Shown one piece after another: positions 25,743 to 34,098 of a DNA stretch of 64,000 nt. The stretch's first letter is position 1; every line of letters starts with the position of its first letter. Source of the stretch: Mycobacteriales bacterium. Its GTDB lineage: Bacteria; Actinomycetota; Actinomycetes; Mycobacteriales; CADCTP01. The stretch lies in NCBI GenBank assembly GCA_045806925.1, contig JBJMII010000102.1:1478-65477 (forward strand). Direction: 5' to 3'. The notes under the pieces are model-generated. The model ran no database searches, had not been told where the DNA came from, and saw nothing but the letters and a program-made list of their open reading frames with translations. The position numbers and the translations under genes are program-made.

Positions 25743-26909
25743 TCACCATGGTGCCGGCTGAGGTGCTGTCCTGCCGCTGTCGGCGAGCGTCCCGGTCGGT
25801 ATGAAGCGCACGGGCAGTGCCGCGGGCCCGCGCAGGTGCGGGTTGACCTGCCAGGCGACCTGGTTCGGGTCGACGGCAAGGGACAGTTCGGCGCAGTGGT
25901 CGAGGAGGACTCGCAGGGCGATCCCGGCTTCCATCCGGGCGAGTGGAGCGCCGAGGCAGTAGTGGATGCCGTGGCCGAAGCCGAGGTGTCCGGTCTGGGT
26001 GCGCCGGGTCTGGAACAGGTCCGGATCGGCGAAGCGGTCCGGGTCGCGGTCGGCGGAGCCGATCGCGAGGAGCACGACCTCGCCGCCGCCGGGGATCGTC
26101 ACGTCGCCGATGGTGATCTCTTCGGTGGTGAACCTGCTGATGCCCAGTTCGATCGGGCCGTCGTAGCGCACCATCTCTTCGATCGCGGCCGGCAGCAGGG
26201 AGGGGTCGGCGCGCAGCGCGGCGTGTTGGCCCGGGTCGCGCAGCAACGCGAGGGTGCCGCTGCCGATGAGGTCCACGGTGGTGCTGTGCCCGGCGGTGAG
26301 CAGGAGCCAGGCCATGCCGAGCAGTTCGTCCTCGTCGAGGCGCTGCCCCTCGTCGCGCACCGCGACCAGCGCGCTGAGCAGGTCATCGCCGGCGGGTTCC
26401 CGGGTCTTGCGGGCGACCAGATCGACGAAGTATCCGCGGATCGCGGTGTAGCCCGCCGTCTCCTCCGGCAGGCTGTCCGGTCCCCGTGGCACCGTCATCC
26501 GCGCCCACTGGTGGAACTGGTCGCGGTCCGCCTCCGGCAGACCCAGCAGCTCCATGATCACCATCAGCGGCAGCGGGAAGGCGAACTCGGCGATCAACTC
26601 GGCCTCTCCCCGCGGCAGGAACCGCGCGGCCAGGCCGTCTGCCATCTCCTGCACGCGCGGGCGCAGCTGCTCGATCCGGCCGGACGTGAACGCTTTGCTC
26701 ACCAACCGGCGCAGCCGGGTGTGCGTCGGTGGGTCCGACCGCAGCAGATTGCGATCCAGGCCCATCATCCGCTCGCCCAGCACCCAGGCACCGGCCGCGG
26801 TTGGATAAGGGTCGGTCTTGAAACCGGGGTCGGTGGCGTCAAGATCGACTATTGTCGGACACGGCCGGCGCCGCCTTCCGGAAAGGGGTTCCCACTGTCC
26901 AGCTGCCAC
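25743..26909 (-). CDS. Cytochrome P450; the N-terminal region is shorter than canonical
   Basis: FGHGIHYCLG heme-thiolate loop, the EEMVRY (ExxR) motif and AGHSTT in the I-helix. Only about 28 residues separate DPYP from DPPTHTRLRR, against roughly 60-70 in the typical bacterial P450s I recall. Confidence 0.8.
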   Translation of the reverse strand: MAAGQWEPLSGRRRRPCPTIVDLDATDPGFKTDPYPTAAGAWVLGERMMGLDRNLLRSDPPTHTRLRRLVSKAFTSGRIEQLRPRVQEMADGLAARFLPRGEAELIAEFAFPLPLMVIMELLGLPEADRDQFHQWARMTVPRGPDSLPEETAGYTAIRGYFVDLVARKTREPAGDDLLSALVAVRDEGQRLDEDELLGMAWLLLTAGHSTTVDLIGSGTLALLRDPGQHAALRADPSLLPAAIEEMVRYDGPIELGISRFTTEEITIGDVTIPGGGEVVLLAIGSADRDPDRFADPDLFQTRRTQTGHLGFGHGIHYCLGAPLARMEAGIALRVLLDHCAELSLAVDPNQVAWQVNPHLRGPAALPVRFIPTGTLADSGRTAPQPAPW

Positions 26910-27008
26910 CGAACGGGGTCAATGGGGTATTGAAAAGGCACTGCGAGTCCGGCTGGAGTGGCCGACTTCGAGCGCCACGAGGTGCTCTCGGACCGAGTGG
27001 AGAGTGGT

Positions 27009-27037
27009 AGCCCGCCCCGACGACGACGGGGCGGGCT
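27009..27037. terminator. Strong orphan GC hairpin (about 10-11 bp stem) directly upstream of the PTS promoter
   Basis: a-gcccgcccc-g...c-ggggcgggc-t. Left arm 27010-27018 and right arm 27028-27036 are exact complements. Confidence 0.4.
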
Positions 27038-27039
27038 TC

Positions 27040-27055
27040 ACTGGTCTAGACCGGT
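27040..27055 (+). promoter_or_regulatory. DasR-responsive element (dre) between the -35 and -10 of the PTS EIIB-EIIA promoter
   Basis: ACTGGTCTAGACCGGT matches the dre consensus A(G/C)TGGTCTAGACCA(G/C)T at 15 of 16 positions. It is flanked by TTCACT (27037-27042) and TAGTAT (27060-27065) with a 17-nt spacer. Confidence 0.7.
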
Positions 27056-27090
27056 TGGATAGTATCGGGGCCTCGGGCTGAGGAGGCGCC

Positions 27091-27324
27091 GTGGGCAAGG
27101 CTGAGTCGATCATCGCCGGGCTGGGCGGGGCGGCGAACATCGCCGAGATCGAGCCGTGCGCGACCCGGTTGCGGACCGAGGTGCGGGACCCGGCCAAGGT
27201 GGACCAGGCCGCGCTCAAGGCCGCCGGCGCGTACGGGGTGCTCGCCTCCGGCCGGGTGGTGCAGGTCGTGGTCGGCCCGGAGGCCGACACGCTGGCCGCT
27301 GACATCGAGGACCTGCTCGGGTGA
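27091..27324 (+). CDS. PTS EIIB component (glucose/GlcNAc family)
   Basis: The NIAEIEPCATRLR active-site Cys motif. AGGAGG RBS at 27081-27086. 77 aa. Confidence 0.85.
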   Translation: MGKAESIIAGLGGAANIAEIEPCATRLRTEVRDPAKVDQAALKAAGAYGVLASGRVVQVVVGPEADTLAADIEDLLG

Positions 27325-27761
27325 GGGTGGCCGCTCCGGTCGCCGGGACGGCCGTCCCGCTGTCCGCGGTGCCCGACCCGGTCTTCGCCGAGGAGCTCGT
27401 CGGCCCCGGGCTCGCGGTCGACCCGGTCCTTGGTGCGGCTCTCGTCGTGTCCCCTGTGGATGGTCGCGTGTCGACGCTGCACCCGCACGCGTTCGTGGTG
27501 ACGTCCGGGGGACGCGGTGTGCTCGTGCACCTCGGCATCGACACCGTACGGCTCGGCGGCGCCGGCTTCGAGCTGCTCGTCGAGGCCGGCGCCACCGTCT
27601 GGAGTGGACAGCCGATGGTCCGCTGGAACCCGGCCGCGGTTCAGGCCGGTGGGCTCTCCCCGGTATGCCCGGTGGTGGCCCTGGACGCGGCCGCCGGCGC
27701 GCTGTCCGGGCTCGCCGCCGGGCCGGTGTCGGTGGGTGACCCGCTGTTCTCCTGGTCCTGA
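27321..27761 (+). CDS. PTS EIIA component (glucose family)
   Basis: HAFVVTS...GVLVHLGIDTV (two-His motif). GTG 27321 overlaps the EIIB stop (GTGA). 146 aa. Confidence 0.85.
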   Translation: MRVAAPVAGTAVPLSAVPDPVFAEELVGPGLAVDPVLGAALVVSPVDGRVSTLHPHAFVVTSGGRGVLVHLGIDTVRLGGAGFELLVEAGATVWSGQPMVRWNPAAVQAGGLSPVCPVVALDAAAGALSGLAAGPVSVGDPLFSWS

Positions 27762-28972
27762 CGCTCCCGCCCCGGCGTCGGCAGGTCGAACCGTCGGATG
27801 AGGAACCGGAACAGCAGGTAGTACACGACCGCGTACACCACCCCGATCAGCAGGACCAGCAACGGGTTGTGGGTGTTCGACTTGCCGAAGTTGAGCAGGT
27901 AGTCGATGAGGCCGGCGGAGAAGCCGAACCCGATCTTGACGTTGAGCAGCGCGGCGAGGCTCATCGAGATCCCGGTGAGCAGGGCGTGCACCGCGAACAG
28001 CGCCGGCGCGACGAACAGGAACGAGAACTCGATCGGCTCGGTGACGCCGGTGACCAGCGACGTCGCCGCGGCGGCGACCATGATGCCGCCGATGGCCCGG
28101 CGCCGGTCCGGCCGGGCCTCGTGCCACATCGCCAGCGCCGCGGCCGGCAGCCCGAACATCATCACCGGGAAGAACCCGGCCATGAACGTGCCGGTGCCGT
28201 CCTGGCCGGCGAAGTAGCAGGTGAGGTCGCCGTGCTGGACTTGGCCGGCGGCGTTGGTGCAGTCCCCGACGGTGAACCAGACCAGCGAGTTGACCACGTG
28301 GTGCAGGCCGAGCGGCAGCAGCGCCCGGTTGACCACCCCGTAGATGCCGGCGCCGGCGGCGCCGTTGTCGGCCGACCAGTTGCCGACCGGGGTGAGCACG
28401 TGCTCGCCGACCCAGGGCCAGACCAGCCGGAACAGCAGGCCGATCAGCAGCCCCACCACCGCCATCAGGATCGGCACGAACCGGCGGCCGCCGAAGAACG
28501 CCAGCCACGGCACCAGCTTCACCCGGTGGTAGCGCTGCCAGAGGATCGCAGCAGTCAGCCCGATGGTGATGCCGCCGAGCACGCCGGGTACCGCGGTGCT
28601 GTCGATGTCCTTGGTGAGTGAGACGTAGACCGCGTCGAAGGTGAGGTAGCCCACCACGGCGGCCAGCGCGGTCGAGCCGTCCGCCCTGCGGGCGAAGCCG
28701 ATCGCGACGCCGAGCGCGAACAGCAGCGGCAGGTTGTCGAACACCGCGCCGCCGGCCGCGGCCAGCACCTTCGCCACGTCGGCGGACCAGCTGAACCCGT
28801 CGTACTTGGCCAGCCCGTCGGTGCCCAGCATGTCCGCTTGGCCGAGCCGGAGCAGGATCGCCGCCGCGGGCAGCACCGCGATCGGCATCATCAGGCTGCG
28901 GCCGATCCGTTGCAGGACGGCGAAGCTACGGCTGGCTCGGGTGGGGCTGTTCTCCGCGATGACGGCCGCCAT
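27641..28972 (-). CDS. PTS EIIC permease, N-acetylglucosamine-type (NagE-like)
   Basis: LQRIGRSLMMPIAVLPAAAILLRLGQ and GVAIGFARRADGSTALAA blocks. ATG 28972 is preceded by GGGAGGA. The 3' end overlaps the convergent EIIA gene by 121 nt. Confidence 0.85.
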   Translation of the reverse strand: MAAVIAENSPTRASRSFAVLQRIGRSLMMPIAVLPAAAILLRLGQADMLGTDGLAKYDGFSWSADVAKVLAAAGGAVFDNLPLLFALGVAIGFARRADGSTALAAVVGYLTFDAVYVSLTKDIDSTAVPGVLGGITIGLTAAILWQRYHRVKLVPWLAFFGGRRFVPILMAVVGLLIGLLFRLVWPWVGEHVLTPVGNWSADNGAAGAGIYGVVNRALLPLGLHHVVNSLVWFTVGDCTNAAGQVQHGDLTCYFAGQDGTGTFMAGFFPVMMFGLPAAALAMWHEARPDRRRAIGGIMVAAAATSLVTGVTEPIEFSFLFVAPALFAVHALLTGISMSLAALLNVKIGFGFSAGLIDYLLNFGKSNTHNPLLVLLIGVVYAVVYYLLFRFLIRRFDLPTPGRERQDQENSGSPTDTGPAASPDSAPAAASRATTGHTGESPPA

Positions 28973-28988
28973 CGATCCTCCCAGGGGC

Positions 28989-29014
28989 ACTGGTCCATAC
29001 CGGTCCGGACCAGA
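28989..29014 (-). promoter_or_regulatory. Two overlapping dre-like boxes upstream of the EIIC gene, downstream of a TTGACA -35
   Basis: ACTGGTCCATACCGGT (28989-29004, 13 of 16) and ACCGGTCCGGACCAGA (28999-29014, 12 of 16) against the dre consensus. TTGACA on the minus strand at 29041-29036. Confidence 0.45.
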
Positions 29015-29068
29015 TTCGCCCATGGCAGCTTCAGCTGTCAACGGGGTCCGTTGCACTGATCGAGTTCG

Positions 29069-30673
29069 TCAGGAACCCGGAGGCCGGCGGCGCCCAGGCC
29101 GGGAACGCGCTGTCGTGCTCGGCGCACCAGTCCGGCACGGCAGGTCAACGGCTTCGTCCGACAGCGGCTCCGCCGCCCGCCGACCAAGCGGCCAGCCGAT
29201 GCTGAAAGCCGGGCCGGAAGGGCGACCGCGGGCGGCCAGCAGGAGCAGCACCAGCGCGGTCGCGGTGCCGTAGGCCAGTTTCTTGGTGGGCTCCATCTCG
29301 AGGTCGAGCGCGCCGACGAAGTAGGGCAGGTAGGCCGCCGCGGCGGCCGGCATCCACTCCCACCGCCCGGACAGCGCGATCAGCGCGACGAGCAGCAGCG
29401 CGTACCACGGGTAGTTGGGACCGGCGAGCAGCACCGCGACCCCGGTCAGCACCACCGCGCCGTCCCACGGCCGGTCCGGGTCCGCCCGCCACGCCGCCCA
29501 GCCGGCGACCGCGGCCAGCAGCAGGGCGGCGAGCAGCAGGGTGACCGGGGGTGGCATCCCCGGCAGCAGCAGCCGCAGCACCGGGAACCGCCCGGACCCG
29601 TCGTACCCCTCCTCCTTCAGGTAGCCGGGCAGGTAGCCGAGCACCTTGGTGCCCACGGCGAGCACGTGCGGGACGTACGAGACCGCGAAGGTGAGCGCCG
29701 CCGCGGCGACGATCGGTGCTCCGCGTCGTCGCAGTACGGCCGGCAGCAGCAGCGCCGGGTAGAGCTTGACCGCCACCGCCGCGCCGAGCAGCCCGCCGGC
29801 GGCGACCGGCCGGCGGGCCGCGACCAGGCGCAGGCCGACCACCGCGAGCAGCGCGGCGAGCACGTCGACGTGTGCGGAGTTGCCGGCCTCGATGACGACC
29901 AGCGGGCACCAGGCCCACAGCACCGCCCAGCGCGGGTCCCGCCCGGCCCGCCGCAGCCCGCCGATCAGCGCCAGCGTGGTGAGCAGGGCGAGCAGCGCGG
30001 CGGCGAGCTGCCACGGCTTCCACCGGCTGCCCGGCGGGGACAGCAGGTGGACGGCGAGGAAGTAGGCCTCGGCGACCGGCGGGTAGATCGTCGGCGAGCC
30101 GGGGTGGTTCATGATCGTGCAGACCGGGACGCGGTCCCGGCACTCCGGCGGGAACAGCCAGTCGTCCCGCAGGGGGGCCAGCGCCGGGTCGACGGGCAGG
30201 TGCCGGTACGGGTCGGTGCCGGCCGCCTGCACCCGCCCGTCCCAGGCGTAGCGGAAGAGGTCGTCGGTGCTCCGCGGCGGTACGGCGACGGTGGCGAGCT
30301 GGAGCAGCGCGGCGCCGGCCAGGACGATCGGCACGGCCCGCCGGGGCGGCGTGCGGAGCACCAACCAGACCGCGACCGGGAAGACCAGCCAGGCGGCCGC
30401 GACCAGGCCGAGCAGCAGCCAGCGGGCGTCGTTGGGCCGGCCGGCCGCGAAGGCCGCGGCGAGCAGGCCGGCGAGCGTGAGCAGGCCGCCGACCGCCGCC
30501 CACACCCGCGCTGCCCCGCCGCCGGACCGGTCGGGCTGCCCGGCCGTGACGACCAAGCCGGCCGGGACGCCGGGACCGGCCGCGGTCAGGGCGTGTCCCG
30601 CCTCGTCGTCGCCGTCCGCGCCGGGAACGGCGCCGGAGCCGGTCGGGACGGGATGGTCGGGACGGGGATTCAT
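29069..30673 (-). CDS. Polytopic membrane glycosyltransferase, GT87/DUF2029-like (mannosyltransferase-like)
   Basis: 534 aa with many TM segments. Blocks DLFRYAWDGR, TIYPPVAEAYF and VKLYPALLLP resemble DUF2029/GT-C enzymes. The start ATG 30673 was chosen because the upstream in-frame part is low-complexity. Confidence 0.6.
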   Translation of the reverse strand: MNPRPDHPVPTGSGAVPGADGDDEAGHALTAAGPGVPAGLVVTAGQPDRSGGGAARVWAAVGGLLTLAGLLAAAFAAGRPNDARWLLLGLVAAAWLVFPVAVWLVLRTPPRRAVPIVLAGAALLQLATVAVPPRSTDDLFRYAWDGRVQAAGTDPYRHLPVDPALAPLRDDWLFPPECRDRVPVCTIMNHPGSPTIYPPVAEAYFLAVHLLSPPGSRWKPWQLAAALLALLTTLALIGGLRRAGRDPRWAVLWAWCPLVVIEAGNSAHVDVLAALLAVVGLRLVAARRPVAAGGLLGAAVAVKLYPALLLPAVLRRRGAPIVAAAALTFAVSYVPHVLAVGTKVLGYLPGYLKEEGYDGSGRFPVLRLLLPGMPPPVTLLLAALLLAAVAGWAAWRADPDRPWDGAVVLTGVAVLLAGPNYPWYALLLVALIALSGRWEWMPAAAAAYLPYFVGALDLEMEPTKKLAYGTATALVLLLLAARGRPSGPAFSIGWPLGRRAAEPLSDEAVDLPCRTGAPSTTARSRPGRRRPPGS

Positions 30674-30787
30674 CGGGTCCAGACTTCCCCGTCGGCGGGT
30701 CGCCGCGGGCGCCGGCTCGTCGCTCGTTCGCAGCCCGTAATGCCGCTGCGCCGGTCCGCGGCGCCGGGGCGTGCCTACGGTGCCCGC

Positions 30788-31951
30788 ATGCGCTCGCCGC
30801 TGACCCACCCGCTGCCGGCCCCGCCGCAGGTGCTGCGCCGGGGCCCGCTGCGCCCGGACGCCTTCCCGTCCCCGCTGCACGATGCCGCCACCGCCGCGCG
30901 GATCGGCCGCTGGCTGGGCACCGCGTTCGCGACCTGCTTCGTCACCGGTCTGATCAGCCACTACCTGCAGCAGCCGCCGTCCTGGCTGACGGTGCCGAGC
31001 CGGCCGGTCTGGGGCTACCGGCTCTCCCAGGGCATCCACGTCGGCACCGGCATCGCCACCGTCCCGCTCCTGCTGGCGAAGCTGTGGACCGTGTCGCCGC
31101 GGCTGTGGGCCTGGCCGCCGGTCCGCTCGGTCCTGCACGGCCTGGAGCGGCTGTCCGTCCTGGTGCTCGTCGCGGCCGCGCTCTTCGAGGTGGTCACCGG
31201 CCTGGTCAACGTCGTCCAGTGGTACCCGTGGTCGTTCTACTTCCCGCGCGTGCACTACTACGTCGCCTGGGTGGCGATCGGCTCGATCGTGCTGCACGTG
31301 TCGGTCAAGGCCCCGGTCATCGCGGCGGCCCTGGCCGAGCCCGAGCAGGCCGCGGACGGCCTGAGCCGGCGCGGGTTCCTCGCCGCGGTCGGGGCCGCGG
31401 TCGCCACGGTCACGGTCGTCACCGTCGGGCAGACTCTGCGCCCGCTCAGCCCGCTCGCGCTGCTGGCGCCGCGCCGCCCCGACATCGGCCCGCAGGGCCT
31501 GCCGGTCAACCGCACCGCGGCCGCCGCCCGGGTCAGCGGGCTCGTCCGGGAGCCGGACTACCGGTTGCAGGTGACCGGTCCCCGCCCGTACGCGCTGAGC
31601 CTGGCCGACCTGCGCGCCCTGCCGCAGCACGAGGTGGAGCTGCCGATCACCTGCGTGGAGGGCTGGAGCGCGACCGGTCGGTGGCGCGGCGTCCGGCTGC
31701 GCGACCTGCTCGACCGGGCCGGTGCCCCGCCGGGCGCCGCCGCCCGGCTGGTCTCGCTGGAGCCGGCCGGGCTCTACCGCGAGTCGGTAGTGGACAGTGC
31801 ACACGCGACGGACGAGCTGACGCTGCTCGCCCTGGAGCTGAACGGGGAGCCGCTCGCCCCGGACCACGGCAGCCCGGTGCGGCTGATCGCGCCGAACCGG
31901 CCGGGCGTGCTGCAGACGAAGTGGGTCGGCCGCATCGAGGTGCGGCAGTGA
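30788..31951 (+). CDS. Molybdopterin-dependent oxidoreductase (sulfite-oxidase fold) fused to an N-terminal multi-TM domain
   Basis: The C-terminal ITCVEGWSATGRWRGVRLRDLL...NGEPL...HGSPVRLIAPN block is typical of the Moco-binding domain. The N-terminal ~190 aa are hydrophobic. The RRGFLAAVGAA segment is Tat-like but internal. Confidence 0.75.
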   Translation: MRSPLTHPLPAPPQVLRRGPLRPDAFPSPLHDAATAARIGRWLGTAFATCFVTGLISHYLQQPPSWLTVPSRPVWGYRLSQGIHVGTGIATVPLLLAKLWTVSPRLWAWPPVRSVLHGLERLSVLVLVAAALFEVVTGLVNVVQWYPWSFYFPRVHYYVAWVAIGSIVLHVSVKAPVIAAALAEPEQAADGLSRRGFLAAVGAAVATVTVVTVGQTLRPLSPLALLAPRRPDIGPQGLPVNRTAAAARVSGLVREPDYRLQVTGPRPYALSLADLRALPQHEVELPITCVEGWSATGRWRGVRLRDLLDRAGAPPGAAARLVSLEPAGLYRESVVDSAHATDELTLLALELNGEPLAPDHGSPVRLIAPNRPGVLQTKWVGRIEVRQ

Positions 31952-32379
31952 CCGGCGTCCGCGGGTGGCGGGTCGGCCTCGGTGCCCTCGGCATCGCGGC
32001 GATCGGGTACGGCGGGCGGGGCGTGCTGACCGGCGGGGTGGCGACCGACTGGCCGGTGACCGCGACCTGGCTGCTGGCCGGGGTGCTCCTGCACGACCTC
32101 GTGGCGGTTCCGGTGGTCGCCGTCGCCGGCTGGCTGGTCACCCGGCTGGTGCCGGCGCCGATCCGGCCGGTGGTCCGCGGCGGCCTGGCGGTGGCCGTAC
32201 TGGTCACCGTCGTGGCGCTGCCGGTGGTGAGCGGCCGCGGCGACCCCGGCAACCCGTCCAGCACGCCGCTGGACTACCCGCGCAACCTCGCGCTCGTGCT
32301 CCTGGCCGTCGCCGCGGGCACCGCGGTGCTCGCGGTCCGGCGGCACCGCAAGCTCAGACCGGCAGCGGGAGGCGGATGA
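31948..32379 (+). CDS. Small integral membrane protein (4 predicted TM), unknown function
   Basis: GTG 31948 overlaps the upstream stop (GTGA). The 143-aa sequence is hydrophobic. Confidence 0.5.
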   Translation: MTGVRGWRVGLGALGIAAIGYGGRGVLTGGVATDWPVTATWLLAGVLLHDLVAVPVVAVAGWLVTRLVPAPIRPVVRGGLAVAVLVTVVALPVVSGRGDPGNPSSTPLDYPRNLALVLLAVAAGTAVLAVRRHRKLRPAAGGG

Positions 32380-33391
32380 CGAAGCGGCAGCCGGAGCCCG
32401 CGTTCTCCACCGCGATCTCGCCGCGGTGCGCCTCCACCAGGCCGCGGGCGATCGCCAGCCCGAGCCCGGCGCTGCCGGCCGGGGCCGCGGCCGGGACCTC
32501 GGCGGTGCGGGTCCGGGCCGCCTCCCCACGGAAGGCGACGTCGAAGACCCGCGGCAGGTCCGCGTCCGGGATGCCGCCGCACGAGTCCTGCACGGCGAAC
32601 CACGCCTCGTCGCGGTCCGCGCCGGCGGCCAGGACGACAGTGCCTTCGCTCGGGGTGTGCCGGACCGCGTTGGCGAGCAGGTTGCGGACCACCCGGGCCA
32701 GTTCCGGGTCGCTGCCGCGCACCACCGGCCAGCCGCCGGTGCCGTCGGCGAGGATGCGCACCCGCTTGGCCTCCGCGGTCGGCCGGATGATCGCGACCGC
32801 GTCCGACACCACGTCGGCGAGCGACACCGCGTCGAAGTGCAGCCCGAGCGCGCCGGCGTGGATCCGGGACAGCTCGAAGAGGTCGTCGACCATCGTGGAC
32901 AGCCGGTCGACCTCGCGGGTCATGGTGCCGTGGTAGCGGGCCACCTGCGCCGGCTCCGTCACCACCCCGTCCGCCAGGGCCTCGGCGACCGCGCGCAGGC
33001 CGGCCAGTGGGCCGCGCAGGTCGTGCGAGACCCAGGCGACCAGCTCCCGCCGGCTCGCCTCCAGCGTCCGCTCCCGGTCGGCCGCCTCCCGCTCCCACAC
33101 GCTCTGCCGAGCCAGCCTCCGGCCCACCAGGAGAGCCCAGCCGAGCGCGACGGCTCCGGCCACCGCGACCACGGTCAACACCACTCCGAGGTCGTGCGGG
33201 GACAGGAACATCGCGTACGCCGTGCCGACGACGCCGGCCACGACGCTGAGCACGGCGGCCGCGACGAGCGTGGAGACGCTGCCGACGATCGACCGTTGGC
33301 CCAGCAGCCGCAGCACCAGGCCGCCGGCGAGGCCGACCGGGATCGCGCAGCACAGCGCGATCACCACCACCAGCAGCGGGTCGGGGATCAC
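32354..33391 (-). CDS. Sensor histidine kinase (HisKA + HATPase_c)
   Basis: H-box WVSHDLRGPLAGL; N/G boxes RNLLANAVRHTP and GLGLAIARGLVEAH. GTG 33391 overlaps the regulator stop (GTGA). Confidence 0.85.
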   Translation of the reverse strand: MIPDPLLVVVIALCCAIPVGLAGGLVLRLLGQRSIVGSVSTLVAAAVLSVVAGVVGTAYAMFLSPHDLGVVLTVVAVAGAVALGWALLVGRRLARQSVWEREAADRERTLEASRRELVAWVSHDLRGPLAGLRAVAEALADGVVTEPAQVARYHGTMTREVDRLSTMVDDLFELSRIHAGALGLHFDAVSLADVVSDAVAIIRPTAEAKRVRILADGTGGWPVVRGSDPELARVVRNLLANAVRHTPSEGTVVLAAGADRDEAWFAVQDSCGGIPDADLPRVFDVAFRGEAARTRTAEVPAAAPAGSAGLGLAIARGLVEAHRGEIAVENAGSGCRFVIRLPLPV

Positions 33392-34098
33392 CGGGCCTCC
33401 TGCAGGTCCACCGGGTCGTACCGGTAGCCGACGCCCCACACCGTGGCCACCCGCGTCGCGGCGGCGCCGGGCTCCAGCTTCTCCCGCAGCCGTCGTACGT
33501 GGACGGTCACTGTGGACTGGTCGCCGAAGGTCCAGCCCCAGACCCGCTCCAGCAGCTCCGCGCGGGTGAAGGCCCGCCCGGGGTGGCCGAGCAGGAAGGC
33601 GAGCAGGTCGAACTCGCGGACGGTCAGCAGCAGCGGCCGGCCGGCCACGCCGGCCCGCCGCGCGGCCAGGTCGACGACCAGGTCGCGGTCCCGCAACACC
33701 GTGGGGTGCCCCGGCGGCGGGCCGGGCTCCCGGCTGCGGCGCAGCACCGACTGCACCCGCAGCGCCAGCTCACGCGGCGAGAAGGGCTTCGTGACGTAGT
33801 CGTCCGCGCCGAGCTCGAGTCCGAGCACACGGTCGGACTCCTCGCCCAGCGCGGTGAGCATGACGATCGGCACCCACCCGCCGGTGTCCGCCTCCCGCAG
33901 CCGGCGGCACACGTCCAGACCGGACATGCCGGGCAGCATGAGGTCGAGCACCACGGCGTCCGGCGGGTCGGCGAGCGCGCGCGCCAGCGCCGAGGCGCCG
34001 TCGCGGACCACCTCGACGGCGAGCCCGTCGCGCTCCAGGTAGCGGCGGACGACGTCGCCGATGGTCTCGTCGTCGTCGACCACCAGCACCCGACCCAC
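33388..34098 (-). CDS. OmpR/PhoB-family response regulator
   Basis: VLVVDDDE...DLMLPGMSG...ADDYVTKPFSPREL receiver domain, plus a winged-helix C-terminal domain (TVHVRRLREKLE...VWGVGYR). Confidence 0.9.
   Translation of the reverse strand: MGRVLVVDDDETIGDVVRRYLERDGLAVEVVRDGASALARALADPPDAVVLDLMLPGMSGLDVCRRLREADTGGWVPIVMLTALGEESDRVLGLELGADDYVTKPFSPRELALRVQSVLRRSREPGPPPGHPTVLRDRDLVVDLAARRAGVAGRPLLLTVREFDLLAFLLGHPGRAFTRAELLERVWGWTFGDQSTVTVHVRRLREKLEPGAAATRVATVWGVGYRYDPVDLQEAR

Noticed and set aside
26818-27081. An 87-aa plus-strand ORF upstream of the PTS genes.
   Set aside because: It has no RBS and an odd composition, and it spans the hairpin and the dre/promoter elements. It is more plausibly non-coding.
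27641-27761. Long tail-to-tail gene overlaps (EIIA/EIIC 121 nt; methyltransferase/epimerase 229 nt at 36087-36315), considered as deliberate antisense regulation.
   Set aside because: In this composition stop codons are rare in all frames, so ORFs often run past the functional C-terminus. The overlapping tails are low-complexity and unlike the conserved family ends. I note them but make no claim of a regulatory mechanism.
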